Part shown: positions 20,166 through 29,901 of the stretch, piece by piece | Numbering within the stretch: the stretch's first letter is position 1 | Layout: every line of letters starts with the position of its first letter | Source: Nibricoccus sp. | Lineage (GTDB): Bacteria; Verrucomicrobiota; Verrucomicrobiia; Opitutales; Opitutaceae | NCBI GenBank assembly: GCA_047602425.1 | Contig: JASGHG010000001.1 | Span: 192,001-256,000 of the forward strand | Length of the DNA: 64,000 nucleotides | Direction of reading: 5' to 3' | The notes under the pieces: generated by a model | Seen by the model: the letters and a program-made list of their open reading frames with translations, nothing else | Databases searched by the model: none | What the model was told of the DNA's origin: nothing | Made by a program: the position numbers and the translations under genes

Positions 20166-20426
20166 ATGAACCCTGGCCCGAAAAAGCTGCCAGCTTACCT
20201 GCGCCGACTGCTCCTCCCGGCAGTCTGGCGCAAGGCGGCGCCCATCGGGCTTTTCGTCGGCGTCATCCAGATTTGCGTCAACCAGGGCGATCACTGGCTT
20301 AAACACGAAATCACCGCCGCAGTTCTGCTAAAAACAATCCTGTGTCCTCTCATCAGCGTGGGAGTCGCCGTGGTTTCGGCCGCCGCCGCCCACCCTGCTG
20401 AAGAAAAATCACCTTCAAAATTATGA
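20166..20426 (+). CDS. nrtS: Small NrtS-like nitrate/nitrite transporter
   Basis: 86 aa, two TM helices, VG-xxx-VNQGD motif; inside the nrt operon. Confidence 0.6.
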   Translation: MNPGPKKLPAYLRRLLLPAVWRKAAPIGLFVGVIQICVNQGDHWLKHEITAAVLLKTILCPLISVGVAVVSAAAAHPAEEKSPSKL

Positions 20427-21403
20427 ATTCACTTAAACTCGACTGGCTCTTTCTGCCCCTGCTCGGGACGTTGCTCATTCTAGTTGCATGGCACGGTCTC
20501 GCCGGAAAAAAAGTCTACAAACTCGCCGGTACAATCGACGACATTCATGCAGCGATTTCCGGTCTGCCCGAGGGCGAAAAAACCTGGCCCGCGGTTCAGG
20601 CTGCGATTCAGAAAGGCGATATCGCTTCGATAAAAAAGCTCCCGAATGGTGCTCCGATTTGGGAGGCCATCTCCGGAAACTTTGAAGAGCGGCGCGTCGG
20701 TCTCATTCCCGATTTGCCGAACGTCATCGAAACCTGGCAGTCGAGCAAACCCTACATTGTCGATCCCTTCGCCAAACGCGGCGAAATGGATCAGGGCATT
20801 CTCCGCTTCACGTGGTATTCGCTCGTGTTGGTGGCAAAAGGTTATGCCATCGCCCTGATCGTCGGCGTGCCTCTCGGATTTTTTCTCGGGCTTTCCAAAA
20901 CCTTCACGAAAATGTTCGACCCGATCATCCAGGTTTTCCGTCCTGTCTCGCCGCTCGCCTGGCTGCCGCTCGGCTATGTGCTTTTCATGAGCACTGGCAA
21001 GGAAACGGGCACCTACGCCGCGCTCTTCACCATCGCGCTCTGCTCGATGTGGCCGACCGTGCTCAATACCGCCGTCGGCGTGCGCGCCGTGCCGCAGGAT
21101 TTTCTCAACGTCGGTCGCGTGCTGAAACTTTCGCGCACCAAGATGCTCTTCAAGATCCTCATTCCCGCCACGCTGCCCTACATGTTCACCGGTTTCCGCC
21201 TAAGTCTTGGCATTGCCTGGCTTGCCATTGTCGCCGCGGAAATGCTCACCGGCCGTCCCGGCGCGGGCGGATTTCTCTGGCAGGAATACAACGCCAACAT
21301 CTACGAGCACATTATCTTTTCGATCATCACCATTGGCGTCGTCGGCTTCATCCTCGATCGTCTGATGAGCGTGGTGGAAAAGAAATTCAAGTCAGCCCTG
21401 TGA
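20423..21403 (+). CDS. nrtB: Nitrate ABC transporter permease
   Basis: DPIIQVFRPVSPLAWLP, WPTVLNTAVGV, GIAWLAIVAAEM. Confidence 0.9.
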   Translation: MNSLKLDWLFLPLLGTLLILVAWHGLAGKKVYKLAGTIDDIHAAISGLPEGEKTWPAVQAAIQKGDIASIKKLPNGAPIWEAISGNFEERRVGLIPDLPNVIETWQSSKPYIVDPFAKRGEMDQGILRFTWYSLVLVAKGYAIALIVGVPLGFFLGLSKTFTKMFDPIIQVFRPVSPLAWLPLGYVLFMSTGKETGTYAALFTIALCSMWPTVLNTAVGVRAVPQDFLNVGRVLKLSRTKMLFKILIPATLPYMFTGFRLSLGIAWLAIVAAEMLTGRPGAGGFLWQEYNANIYEHIIFSIITIGVVGFILDRLMSVVEKKFKSAL

Positions 21404-21407
21404 CCAC

Positions 21408-22298
21408 ATGTCTTTTCTCGAACTAAAAAACATCTCCAAGTCGTTCGGCGGCGCGCGCGTCCTCGATAACGTCAATCTTTCCATCGAGGAAGGCGAGTTC
21501 GTCGCGATTGTCGGTTATTCCGGTTCGGGCAAAACCACGCTCGTCTCCCTCGTCGCCGGCCTTCTGCGGCCCGACACCGGCACCATCACGCTCGCTGGCA
21601 AACCCATCGATGGCCCGAGCCCGGAACGCGGCCTCGTTTTCCAGAACTATTCACTTCTACCCTGGCTCACGGTTCGGGAAAACATCGCCATCGCTGTCGA
21701 GTCCGTCTTTCCCGAAAAAACTGCCGACGAACGCCAGGCTCATGTCACCCGCTTCATCGAGATGGTCAAACTTGGCCATGCCGGGGATCGCCTGCCAAAG
21801 CAGCTTTCCGGCGGCATGCGTCAGCGTGTCGCCGTAGCACGCACGCTCGCCATCCAGCCGCGCATCTTGCTCCTCGACGAACCGCTCTCGGCCCTCGATG
21901 CACTCACTCGCGCCACCTTGCAGGACGAGATCACACAGATCCGTCGCACCGACAACACGACGATTTTGCTCATCACCAACTCTGTCGACGAAGCGCTCTT
22001 GCTCGCCGACCGGGTCATCGCCCTCACGCCCGGCCCCGGGGCAACCTTGGCCGAACCGTTTGTTGTCGACCTGCCGCGCCCACGTGATCGCAAAACTCTA
22101 AATCACGAGCCTGCCTACAAGGACCTCCGCGGCGCCATTACCGAGCAACTCCTTAGTTTCAACGCCGCCCGCAAAACCACGCTTACGAAAAAGCTCATTT
22201 TGCCCGACATCCTTCCCGAAGACCTCGACGCTCCCCGCGTCCACCGCCAGCCTCGCCGCCCGGGAGAAATCAAGGAAACGACCATCGCCTCCGTCTGA
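21408..22298 (+). CDS. nrtC: Nitrate ABC transporter ATP-binding subunit (H-loop His replaced by Asn)
   Basis: GYSGSGKTT, FQNYSLLPW, LSGGMRQR, LLDEP, ITNSVDEA. Confidence 0.85.
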   Translation: MSFLELKNISKSFGGARVLDNVNLSIEEGEFVAIVGYSGSGKTTLVSLVAGLLRPDTGTITLAGKPIDGPSPERGLVFQNYSLLPWLTVRENIAIAVESVFPEKTADERQAHVTRFIEMVKLGHAGDRLPKQLSGGMRQRVAVARTLAIQPRILLLDEPLSALDALTRATLQDEITQIRRTDNTTILLITNSVDEALLLADRVIALTPGPGATLAEPFVVDLPRPRDRKTLNHEPAYKDLRGAITEQLLSFNAARKTTLTKKLILPDILPEDLDAPRVHRQPRRPGEIKETTIASV

Positions 22299-22328
22299 CG
22301 CAACTACCAACAACCGCCAACTTCCACT

Positions 22329-23234
22329 ATGCGCCCGTTTCTCGAAATCTCCGCTCTCAACAAAGCCTTTCCCACGCCCAAGGGACCGCTCACAGTAGTG
22401 GAAAATTTCAACCTCCACGTGAACAAGGGCGAGTTCATCGCCTTGATCGGACATTCCGGTTGCGGCAAATCCACCGTGCTTTCGATGGTTGCCGGCCTCG
22501 CTGACGCGACCGAGGGAGGCATCATTCTTTCAAGCAAGGAAGTGACTGGCGCCGGACCCGATCGCGGCGTGGTTTTTCAGGCTCCGTGCCTGCTGCCATG
22601 GTATACAGCTTTTGAAAACGTCATGCTGGGCGTCGATCAGGTTTACTACACCGCCAGCCGCCTCGAACGCAGGCAGATCGCGGAATATTACCTCACAGTC
22701 GTCGGCCTCGGCGACGCGATGCACAAACGCCCCGCCGAGCTTTCGCAGGGTATGCGCCAGCGCTGCGGCATCGCCCGCGCCTTTGCGCTCCACCCAAAGA
22801 TGCTGCTCCTTGACGAACCATTCGGTATGCTCGATGCCTTAACCAAGATGGAATTACAGGACGTCCTTCTCGACCTTTGGCAGCGAGATCAGAAAACCGC
22901 GCTGATGGTCACACATGACGTTGACGAAGCCCTCTACCTGGCCGACCGCGTCGTCTGCATGACCGATGGCCCCAATGCCACCGTCGGCGAAATTCTTGAG
23001 GTGAAATTTCCCCGTCCGCGCTCCCGCAAGCAGCTCCTTGAGGATCCCGAGTACTATCGGCTTCGCGAACAGCTCATCGGTTTTCTCAACGAACGCTCTC
23101 ACCACCGGCCGGCTCAGCCTGCAACTCCGCCAGCCACACCACCGCCTACCAACAAAACCGGCTTCGTCAGCCGTCGCACGCGGGTCCTCGAAACCGCGTT
23201 CACCCGCTTTATTCTTCAACCGTTCAAAACCTGA
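22329..23234 (+). CDS. nrtD: Nitrate ABC transporter ATP-binding subunit
   Basis: [35 protein letters not shown]. Confidence 0.85.
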   Translation: MRPFLEISALNKAFPTPKGPLTVVENFNLHVNKGEFIALIGHSGCGKSTVLSMVAGLADATEGGIILSSKEVTGAGPDRGVVFQAPCLLPWYTAFENVMLGVDQVYYTASRLERRQIAEYYLTVVGLGDAMHKRPAELSQGMRQRCGIARAFALHPKMLLLDEPFGMLDALTKMELQDVLLDLWQRDQKTALMVTHDVDEALYLADRVVCMTDGPNATVGEILEVKFPRPRSRKQLLEDPEYYRLREQLIGFLNERSHHRPAQPATPPATPPPTNKTGFVSRRTRVLETAFTRFILQPFKT

Positions 23235-23294
23235 TCCTAGCGGCAAAATTAGCCGCACCTTGATTTGAATCATGTTTTTCGTTTCGGGCGCTTC

Positions 23295-23309
23295 ATGAAA
23301 GCGCCTCAT
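23295..23309. promoter_or_regulatory. Fourth ATGA-N7-TCAT box, upstream of the porin gene
   Basis: ATGAAAGCGCCTCAT; intergenic, same pattern as the other three boxes. Confidence 0.5.
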
Positions 23310-23356
23310 GGGTTCACCATGTCCGCACGCCTGCACTTCATACCAAACCAAACGCC

Positions 23357-24877
23357 ATGACATCACCGCACCGCCTCCTCGCATTCACCGTCGCGCTCTT
23401 AACCGCGCTTCCCGCCCTCAAGGCTCAGTATGCCCCTCCCCCGCCGCCGCGCCCATTTCCCGGCTTCGTCAACGAGGCCCTCCGCGCCAAGGATCCCTAC
23501 ATGGCCGCATGGGATTTCGGCGTGAATGTGCGTGCTCGTGAAGAGGTGAAGGAAAACGCCGGTTTTACCGACGTCGGCTCTAACTGGGATTTCTCCACCC
23601 GCCCACAGGATGACAACAATAACTCCTATCTGCTCACGCGCGTGATGCCCCGCATTGGCTATACCGGCAAATGGATCGCCGCCACCATCGAGGACCGCTC
23701 CAGTTATTCGTTCGACGACGAGCGTTACGTTCCCACCGCCGCCGGCCAGGGTCTCGCCGAGCGCGACGGCTCGATGGATTTGCATCAGGCGTTCGTTTTC
23801 ATCGGAAATCACAAGGTCTTTCCGGTCTCGCTCAAAGTCGGTCGTCAGGAACTCGTCTACGGCGACCAGCGCCTCGTCGGCCATTTCCGCTGGAACAACA
23901 ACGCCCGCACCTTCGACGCCATCAAACTCCGTTGGCAGAATAAATTCTTCGGCGTCGATATTTTCAGCGGCGGTCTGGTCTACAACAACCACCACAACCT
24001 CAACAAATCCAACTCGCAGGACCGTTTCTCCGGCGCCTACTTCAACTTTCCCACGCTTTCGACCAAGGATATCGTCGAAGCCTACTTCTACGCCCGCAAC
24101 GTGAGCCGCGGTATCGTCACCGACGATTGGTCCGGCGTCCCCGCACCTTTCCGTTTCCCCGCGCCGCAGGATCTCTACACCACAGGCCTTCGCTGGAAAT
24201 CCAAGCCGGGCTCTTATGGCGCATGGGACTACGGCGCGGAGTTAATGTACCAGTTCGGCAACCGCGCCGCGGTCTTCCCGGCGACCACGGTCGCCGCCGC
24301 CCGCACGGCTCCGCGCCTCGACCACACTGCCTACGCCGCCGTTCTGCAGGGTGGCTACACCTGGTCGGACAATAAAATGCAGCCGCGTTTGGGCGTATTG
24401 TACAGTTATGGATCAGGCGACAAGGACTCCACCGACACCAAGAGCGGCACGTTCCAGAATCTTTTCCCGACCAATCATCTCTTCTACGGCTACATGGATC
24501 TTTCCAGCCTGCAGAATATGCACGACCTCCGTTTTGCCTACACGTTCAAACCCATGCTCACTCTCAGCGTCGCCCTTGAAGGTCACCTCCAGTACCTCGC
24601 GGCCAATACCGATTATTGGTACAATGTCGCCGGCGTTCCGCGCAACGTGGCGGCTGGTGCCAACGGCAGCGGCAACGGCTACACGATCAATCCGAGTTAC
24701 AGCAAAAAACTCGGTCAGGAGATCGACCTCGTGGTCGGCTGGTCATTTTTGCCCTGCGCACAGGTCGAAATTGGCCTCAGCCGGTATTTCCGCGGCGAAT
24801 ACATCAAGCAGTCGCTGCGTTCAACTGGTTCAAAAGATGCCAGCTACGCGTACGTGCAGCTGACCGTAAATCTTTAA
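23357..24877 (+). CDS. Alginate-export-family outer-membrane porin
   Basis: Signal peptide; KVGRQELVYGDQRLVG, FDAIK, YSYGSGD, LFPTNHLFYGYMD motifs. Confidence 0.8.
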   Translation: MTSPHRLLAFTVALLTALPALKAQYAPPPPPRPFPGFVNEALRAKDPYMAAWDFGVNVRAREEVKENAGFTDVGSNWDFSTRPQDDNNNSYLLTRVMPRIGYTGKWIAATIEDRSSYSFDDERYVPTAAGQGLAERDGSMDLHQAFVFIGNHKVFPVSLKVGRQELVYGDQRLVGHFRWNNNARTFDAIKLRWQNKFFGVDIFSGGLVYNNHHNLNKSNSQDRFSGAYFNFPTLSTKDIVEAYFYARNVSRGIVTDDWSGVPAPFRFPAPQDLYTTGLRWKSKPGSYGAWDYGAELMYQFGNRAAVFPATTVAAARTAPRLDHTAYAAVLQGGYTWSDNKMQPRLGVLYSYGSGDKDSTDTKSGTFQNLFPTNHLFYGYMDLSSLQNMHDLRFAYTFKPMLTLSVALEGHLQYLAANTDYWYNVAGVPRNVAAGANGSGNGYTINPSYSKKLGQEIDLVVGWSFLPCAQVEIGLSRYFRGEYIKQSLRSTGSKDASYAYVQLTVNL

Positions 24878-24898
24878 GAGCGTTCGTTCATGGTCATG

Positions 24899-24932
24899 GC
24901 CGGTCGTCCTTTCGCGGGGCGACCGGCTTTTT
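24899..24932 (+). terminator. Intrinsic terminator after the porin gene
   Basis: GCCGGTCGTCC...GGGCGACCGGC stem followed by TTTTT. Confidence 0.75.
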
Positions 24933-24933
24933 C

Positions 24934-25012
24934 ATGAGCTGTTCTCATCGTTCGACTTAAAACTATTCAGTCTATTTTTCATCGAAGTCGGCCAGTTGGT
25001 ATGTCCGTTGCT
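24934..25012 (+). promoter_or_regulatory. ATGA-N7-TCAT box (24934-24948) plus sigma54-like element (24997-25012)
   Basis: ATGAGCTGTTCTCAT; TGGTATGTCCGTTGCT. Confidence 0.7.
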
Positions 25013-25031
25013 AATTATCCTGATCAATACG

Positions 25032-26237
25032 ATGAATATTGCTCAGCTAAAAAAATCCGGCCACTGGCCAACCCTCGCGACTTCTTTCCTCTATTTCGAT
25101 GTTAGCTTTATGGTGTGGACGCTGCTGGGCGCGCTTGGCGCACTCATCGCGCCCGCCCTCAAGCTCAACGCCGATCAGAAATTTCTCATGGTCGCCACGC
25201 CAATTCTGGCCGGCGCGTTTTTGCGCATCGCACTGAGCATGCTGGTCGATCGTATTGGGACAAAAACCACCGGCATCATCGCGCAGTTGATCGTCATGGC
25301 CGGTCTCGCTGTCGCCTGGCAGCTCGGCGTACACACGCTCAACCAGGCTTTACTGCTCGGCGTCGTTCTCGGTGTGGCCGGAGCCAGCTTCGCCGTCGCG
25401 CTTCCCCAGTCCGGCCGCTGGTATCCGCCGCACATGCAGGGCGTCGTGCTCGGGCTGGCCGGCGCGGGCAACATCGGCGTTGTGATCGACCATCTTGCCG
25501 CTCCGCGTATCGCGGCGGTTTGGGGATGGCAGGCGGTTTTTGGCGCGGCACTTATTCCGCTCGCCCTGGCGTTCGTGCTCTACGTGATTTTCTCCAAGGA
25601 ACCTCCCGGCGAATACAAAAAGAAAAAGCTCTCCGACTATGGGAAACTCCTGCGCGAAAAAGATGCCCATTGGTTCTGCTTTTTCTACACCATCAGCTTC
25701 GGCGGCTTCGTCGGTCTCGCCACCGCGTTCGCGATCTATTTCAGCGATCAGTTTCACCTCAAGCCGGTCCACGCCGGTGAGATGGCGGCGTTTTGCACGC
25801 TCATCGGGGCCATCGGCCGACCCATGGGCGGCGCACTCGCCGACAAGCTCGGTGGCATCCGCTCGCTCGGCGTCTTCTACAGCGTTGCGGCCGTGGCGAT
25901 GGCTCTCGCGGCCCTCGCCGACAATCTGTGGATCTGCGGAGCAGGTTTCTTCATCGCTTCCGGCGCGTTTGGCATGTGCAACGGTTCGGTTTTTCAGCTC
26001 CTTCCGCAGCGTTTTGCAAAAGACATCTCCGTCATGACCGGCCTCGTCGGTTGCGGCGGCGGAATTGGCGGTTTTCTCCTTGGTCGGCTGTTCGGCGTTT
26101 CCAAGGAATATTTTGGCGGCTACACCCCCGGCATTCTCTTCTTCGCCGGGCTCTGCCTGTTGGCGCTCACCGGCCTCGGCGCCGTCAAACGTCGCTGGCG
26201 CACGACCTGGGGTGCCACGGCCGCTGCTAAAATTTGA
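25032..26237 (+). CDS. narK: NarK/NasA-family MFS nitrate/nitrite transporter
   Basis: GHWPTL..FLYFD, GVAGASFAVALP nitrate signature, FGMCNGSVFQL, about 12 TM. Confidence 0.9.
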   Translation: MNIAQLKKSGHWPTLATSFLYFDVSFMVWTLLGALGALIAPALKLNADQKFLMVATPILAGAFLRIALSMLVDRIGTKTTGIIAQLIVMAGLAVAWQLGVHTLNQALLLGVVLGVAGASFAVALPQSGRWYPPHMQGVVLGLAGAGNIGVVIDHLAAPRIAAVWGWQAVFGAALIPLALAFVLYVIFSKEPPGEYKKKKLSDYGKLLREKDAHWFCFFYTISFGGFVGLATAFAIYFSDQFHLKPVHAGEMAAFCTLIGAIGRPMGGALADKLGGIRSLGVFYSVAAVAMALAALADNLWICGAGFFIASGAFGMCNGSVFQLLPQRFAKDISVMTGLVGCGGGIGGFLLGRLFGVSKEYFGGYTPGILFFAGLCLLALTGLGAVKRRWRTTWGATAAAKI

Positions 26238-26293
26238 CCATTCGCATCGCCGAGCTCGCTTCCTCGGCTCGGTTCGGCCAGCGTGCGACTTCC

Positions 26294-27943
26294 ATGAAGC
26301 TCCAGGTCACTTCCCACGGCCTGCCGCGCAACCCCAAGGCTGTCTCCGACGACGCCACCTGCGTGCGGCAGCGCAGCAACCTCGCTGTCGCGGCTCTGGC
26401 CGATGGCATCGGTTCCAGCGAACAGGGTGGCGAGGCCGCCCGTCGTGCGGTGGCGATGCTAACCGATTACTATCTGGCAAAACCTCAGACTTGGGGACCG
26501 CATCGCGCCCTTTCTGAATTTGTCTCACAGATCAACCGCGTGTTTCATCAGGAATCGCAAGCCCGCCATGGCTCTCCCGAGTTGGTCTGCACACTCAGCG
26601 CGGTCGCACTCGCAGGAAACTGGTTGCACGGTTTCAACGTCGGCGATTCGCCGGTTTACCTCTGGCGAAAAGATCGTCTCATCACCCTGTCGCAGAGCCA
26701 CGCGCTTGCTCACACCGGCATGGAGCATGTTCTCGCCCGCGCCGTCGGACTCGAAGCCGCGGTCCAGCCGCATTTTTTCGAAACCACGATCGATGCCGGC
26801 GACGTCATTTTGCTTTGCTCCGACGGCGTCAGCAACGTGCTTCCACCCGAAACACTCGCCACGCTCCTGTCCCGCCGCACCAGCGCCCGCAGCATCGTTC
26901 TGGCCGCGCGTGACGCGACCGAAAAAAAAGAGGAAGCCCCCGATGACGCTTCGGCCATCGTGATCGATGTGGTTTCTCACAGTTGGAGCGCCACGACCGA
27001 CAATCGCGCTCTGGAAATCATTCCTCCGCCCAAGGCCGGTGATGCCATCGACGAATACCGCCTTCTTCGCCCGCTCCAGGAAGGCGCTCCGGTTTGGCTC
27101 GCCGAAAAATCCGATGGCACCCGCTTTGTATTGAAATTTCCACCACAGGAAGCCCGCGATGACGAACTTCGCCGCGAGGGCTTTGTGCGCGAAATGTGGC
27201 AGGCCACGCGCATCGATTCGCCTGATTTTGTCCGCGCTTTCGTTCCCGAGGCTGGAACATTGCGCTATTATGTCATGGAGTTCGTCGACGCTCCGACGCT
27301 TCGCGAATCGCTCCGCATCGCGCCTTTCACCGTGGAAGACACGGTCGCGCTCGGTCATTTTCTCCTCCGCGCCGCGCAATTTCTCCTCAGCAGTGACCAC
27401 GCACACGGCGACATCAAACCCGACAATATTCTCGTGCTTCGGTCAGGCAAAGGCACCCGATTTCAATTGCTCGATCTCGGAAGCGCCGCTGAAGTTTTTT
27501 CCGTTACGTCGCGCGCCGGCACGCCGAGTTATCTTGCCCCCGAACGCTTCGGCGGCGCCGCGCTTTCCGAACTCACCGAAATCTACGCCATCGGCGTCAC
27601 GCTCTACGAAACGCTAACCCGCGCCTATCCATTTGGCGAAATCGAACGTTTCCAAACGCCACGCTTCGACTCCACACCGAAGCGTCCCACGAAACTAAAT
27701 CCGGCCATTCCCACGTGGTTGGAATCGATCATTCTTCGCGCGATTTCGCCTGAAATCGAAAGCCGCTACCAAAGTTTTTCCGAAATGGCCTATGAGCTTT
27801 CGCATCCGGAAAAAGTCACGCCTTTCTATCGCAAAAATGCGCCGCTGATTGAGCGCAACCCTCTGTTATTCTATAAGCTCTTAAGCCTTGGCTTCTTTCT
27901 GAGCACACTGGCACTACTCTATCTCCTTTTGATGCGAAAGTAG
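26294..27943 (+). CDS. Bifunctional PP2C phosphatase / Ser-Thr protein kinase with C-terminal TM anchor
   Basis: ALADGIG, NVGDS, LCSDGV, DD (PP2C); VLK, HGDIKPDN, DLG, YLAPE (kinase). Confidence 0.85.
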   Translation: MKLQVTSHGLPRNPKAVSDDATCVRQRSNLAVAALADGIGSSEQGGEAARRAVAMLTDYYLAKPQTWGPHRALSEFVSQINRVFHQESQARHGSPELVCTLSAVALAGNWLHGFNVGDSPVYLWRKDRLITLSQSHALAHTGMEHVLARAVGLEAAVQPHFFETTIDAGDVILLCSDGVSNVLPPETLATLLSRRTSARSIVLAARDATEKKEEAPDDASAIVIDVVSHSWSATTDNRALEIIPPPKAGDAIDEYRLLRPLQEGAPVWLAEKSDGTRFVLKFPPQEARDDELRREGFVREMWQATRIDSPDFVRAFVPEAGTLRYYVMEFVDAPTLRESLRIAPFTVEDTVALGHFLLRAAQFLLSSDHAHGDIKPDNILVLRSGKGTRFQLLDLGSAAEVFSVTSRAGTPSYLAPERFGGAALSELTEIYAIGVTLYETLTRAYPFGEIERFQTPRFDSTPKRPTKLNPAIPTWLESIILRAISPEIESRYQSFSEMAYELSHPEKVTPFYRKNAPLIERNPLLFYKLLSLGFFLSTLALLYLLLMRK

Positions 27944-28022
27944 ATGAGCGTTATTCATCGTTCATCTTAAATTAATTCAGGTTTTTTCTCGTCCACCTTC
28001 CGCCGGTGGCATCGCGATTGCT
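27944..28022 (+). promoter_or_regulatory. ATGA-N7-TCAT box (27944-27958) plus sigma54 element (28007-28022)
   Basis: ATGAGCGTTATTCAT; TGGCATCGCGATTGCT, close to the TGGCAC-N5-TTGC consensus. Confidence 0.75.
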
Positions 28023-28033
28023 AAAACAGTGGC

Positions 28034-29860
28034 GTGCCAAACGTCACTGAACTCATTTCCGCCGCAACGCCTTCCGCGCCTTTCACGCCCGCGCAGAAAG
28101 AATACCTGCAGGGCTTTATGGCCGGCGCCATGGCTTCCGGTGCCTTTCCTTTTGTCGGTAACAACGCTTCCGGTCAGCTGACCGCAAGCCCCGAGACATC
28201 CGCCACCGGCAACCTCGCCGCGCCCGCTGAAACCAGCGTCTACGGCACGCCGCTCGAAGACCTCTGCAAGGAGGAGCGTTGGAAGTACGAGGAAAATCCT
28301 CTCGATTCCTGGGAGCGTCTGCTCACACACGCGCAGGAAGACAAGACCCCCGATCCCGAGCACAACTACCGCTTCCGCACCTTCGGTCTTTTCTGGGTCG
28401 CACCCGCGCAGGATGGCTTCATGGTCCGCCTCCGCATTCCCGCCGGCGAACTCTCTGCCCACCAGTTGCGCGGCCTCGCTTCTATCGCCGACGACCTCGG
28501 CGGCGGCTACTCGCATATCACCACGCGCGCCAACCTCCAGATGCGCGAATTCAAGCCCCGGGCAATCGTCGAAATGCTCACGCGCGTACAGGACCTCGGC
28601 CTCACCGCCCGCGGTTCCGGCGCCGACAACATCCGCAACATCACTGCCTCGCCCGATTCCGGTTTTGCCCCTAACGAGTTGATCGACGTCCGCCCGCACG
28701 CCCGCGCCCTCCACCATTACATCATCAACAACCGCGACCTCTACGGCCTGCCGCGCAAATTCAACGTCGCTTTCGACAATGGCTCCCTCCTCTCCGCCGC
28801 AGCCGACACCAACGACATTGGCTTCTTCGCTGTCCGCGTGACAGCAAAGTCCCTCTCCGCCGCTTCAACTTCCAACTTAAAGTTTCCACTAGCTGAACCC
28901 GGAATTTATTTCCGGGTTCACCTCGGCGGCATCACCGGCCACTGCGATTTCGCCCGCGACACCGGCCTGCTCGTCAAACCTTCCGAGGCCGTCGCCGTCG
29001 CCGCCGCCATGATCCGCGTCTTCCGCGACCACGGCAACCGAACCGATCGCAAGAAGGCACGTCTCAAATACCTCCTCGAAGAATGGGGTTTCGAAAAGTT
29101 TATCGAGGAAACCGGCAAACGCCTCGCTTTCCCGCTGGTTCGCCTTCCGCTTGAGGCCTGCGAAGCTCGGCCCCCGGTCGAAAAACACGGCTGGCTCGGC
29201 GCGCGCCGCCAGGCCCAGCCGGGCATGTACTCCGTCGGCATCGGCGTTCCGGTCGGCAAACTCTCGACGAAACAGATGCGCGCCATCGCCGAACTCGCCG
29301 AGCGTTACGGTACCGGCGAAATCCGTCTCACTGTGTGGCAGAGTCTCATCATTCCGCATATTGCCCAGTCCGCCGTCGATGCCGTTTGCCGCGCTGCAAA
29401 AAAAATGGGCTGTTACACCGAGGCCTCGCTTGCCTCCGGCGGCATCATTGCCTGCACGGGCAGTGCCGGTTGCAAATATGGCCAGGCCGACACCAAAGCT
29501 AGCGCCGTCGCCTTAATCAAACATCTCACCGACAAATTTCCCGAACTCGACAACGCGCTCAACATTCACTTCACCGGCTGCCCCAACTCCTGCGCCCAGC
29601 ACTACTGCGGCGACATCGGTTTCATCGGCAATAAACTCGCCGACGGCTCGCCCGGCTATTGCGTCATCCTCGGCGGCGGCATGGATCAGGAACAGGGCAT
29701 CGGCCGCGAAATTTTCCGCGGGTTGACTGTTAGCGAAATCACTCCGCTGGTCGACCGCATCATATCCGGCTACCTCGCCCGCCGCGAGCGTGCCGAAACC
29801 TTTGTCCAGTGGACTCGTCGCCACTCCGTCAAAGAACTCCAGGAATTCTTCTCCTCCTGA
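28034..29860 (+). CDS. nirA: NirA-type sirohaem nitrite reductase
   Basis: HITTRANLQ, LPRKFN, CTGSAGC and GCPNSC sirohaem/4Fe-4S ligands; GTG start. Confidence 0.85.
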   Translation: MPNVTELISAATPSAPFTPAQKEYLQGFMAGAMASGAFPFVGNNASGQLTASPETSATGNLAAPAETSVYGTPLEDLCKEERWKYEENPLDSWERLLTHAQEDKTPDPEHNYRFRTFGLFWVAPAQDGFMVRLRIPAGELSAHQLRGLASIADDLGGGYSHITTRANLQMREFKPRAIVEMLTRVQDLGLTARGSGADNIRNITASPDSGFAPNELIDVRPHARALHHYIINNRDLYGLPRKFNVAFDNGSLLSAAADTNDIGFFAVRVTAKSLSAASTSNLKFPLAEPGIYFRVHLGGITGHCDFARDTGLLVKPSEAVAVAAAMIRVFRDHGNRTDRKKARLKYLLEEWGFEKFIEETGKRLAFPLVRLPLEACEARPPVEKHGWLGARRQAQPGMYSVGIGVPVGKLSTKQMRAIAELAERYGTGEIRLTVWQSLIIPHIAQSAVDAVCRAAKKMGCYTEASLASGGIIACTGSAGCKYGQADTKASAVALIKHLTDKFPELDNALNIHFTGCPNSCAQHYCGDIGFIGNKLADGSPGYCVILGGGMDQEQGIGREIFRGLTVSEITPLVDRIISGYLARRERAETFVQWTRRHSVKELQEFFSS

Positions 29861-29901
29861 CGCACCCATCACCTATCACCAATCACTCATCACCCGTTTT
29901 C

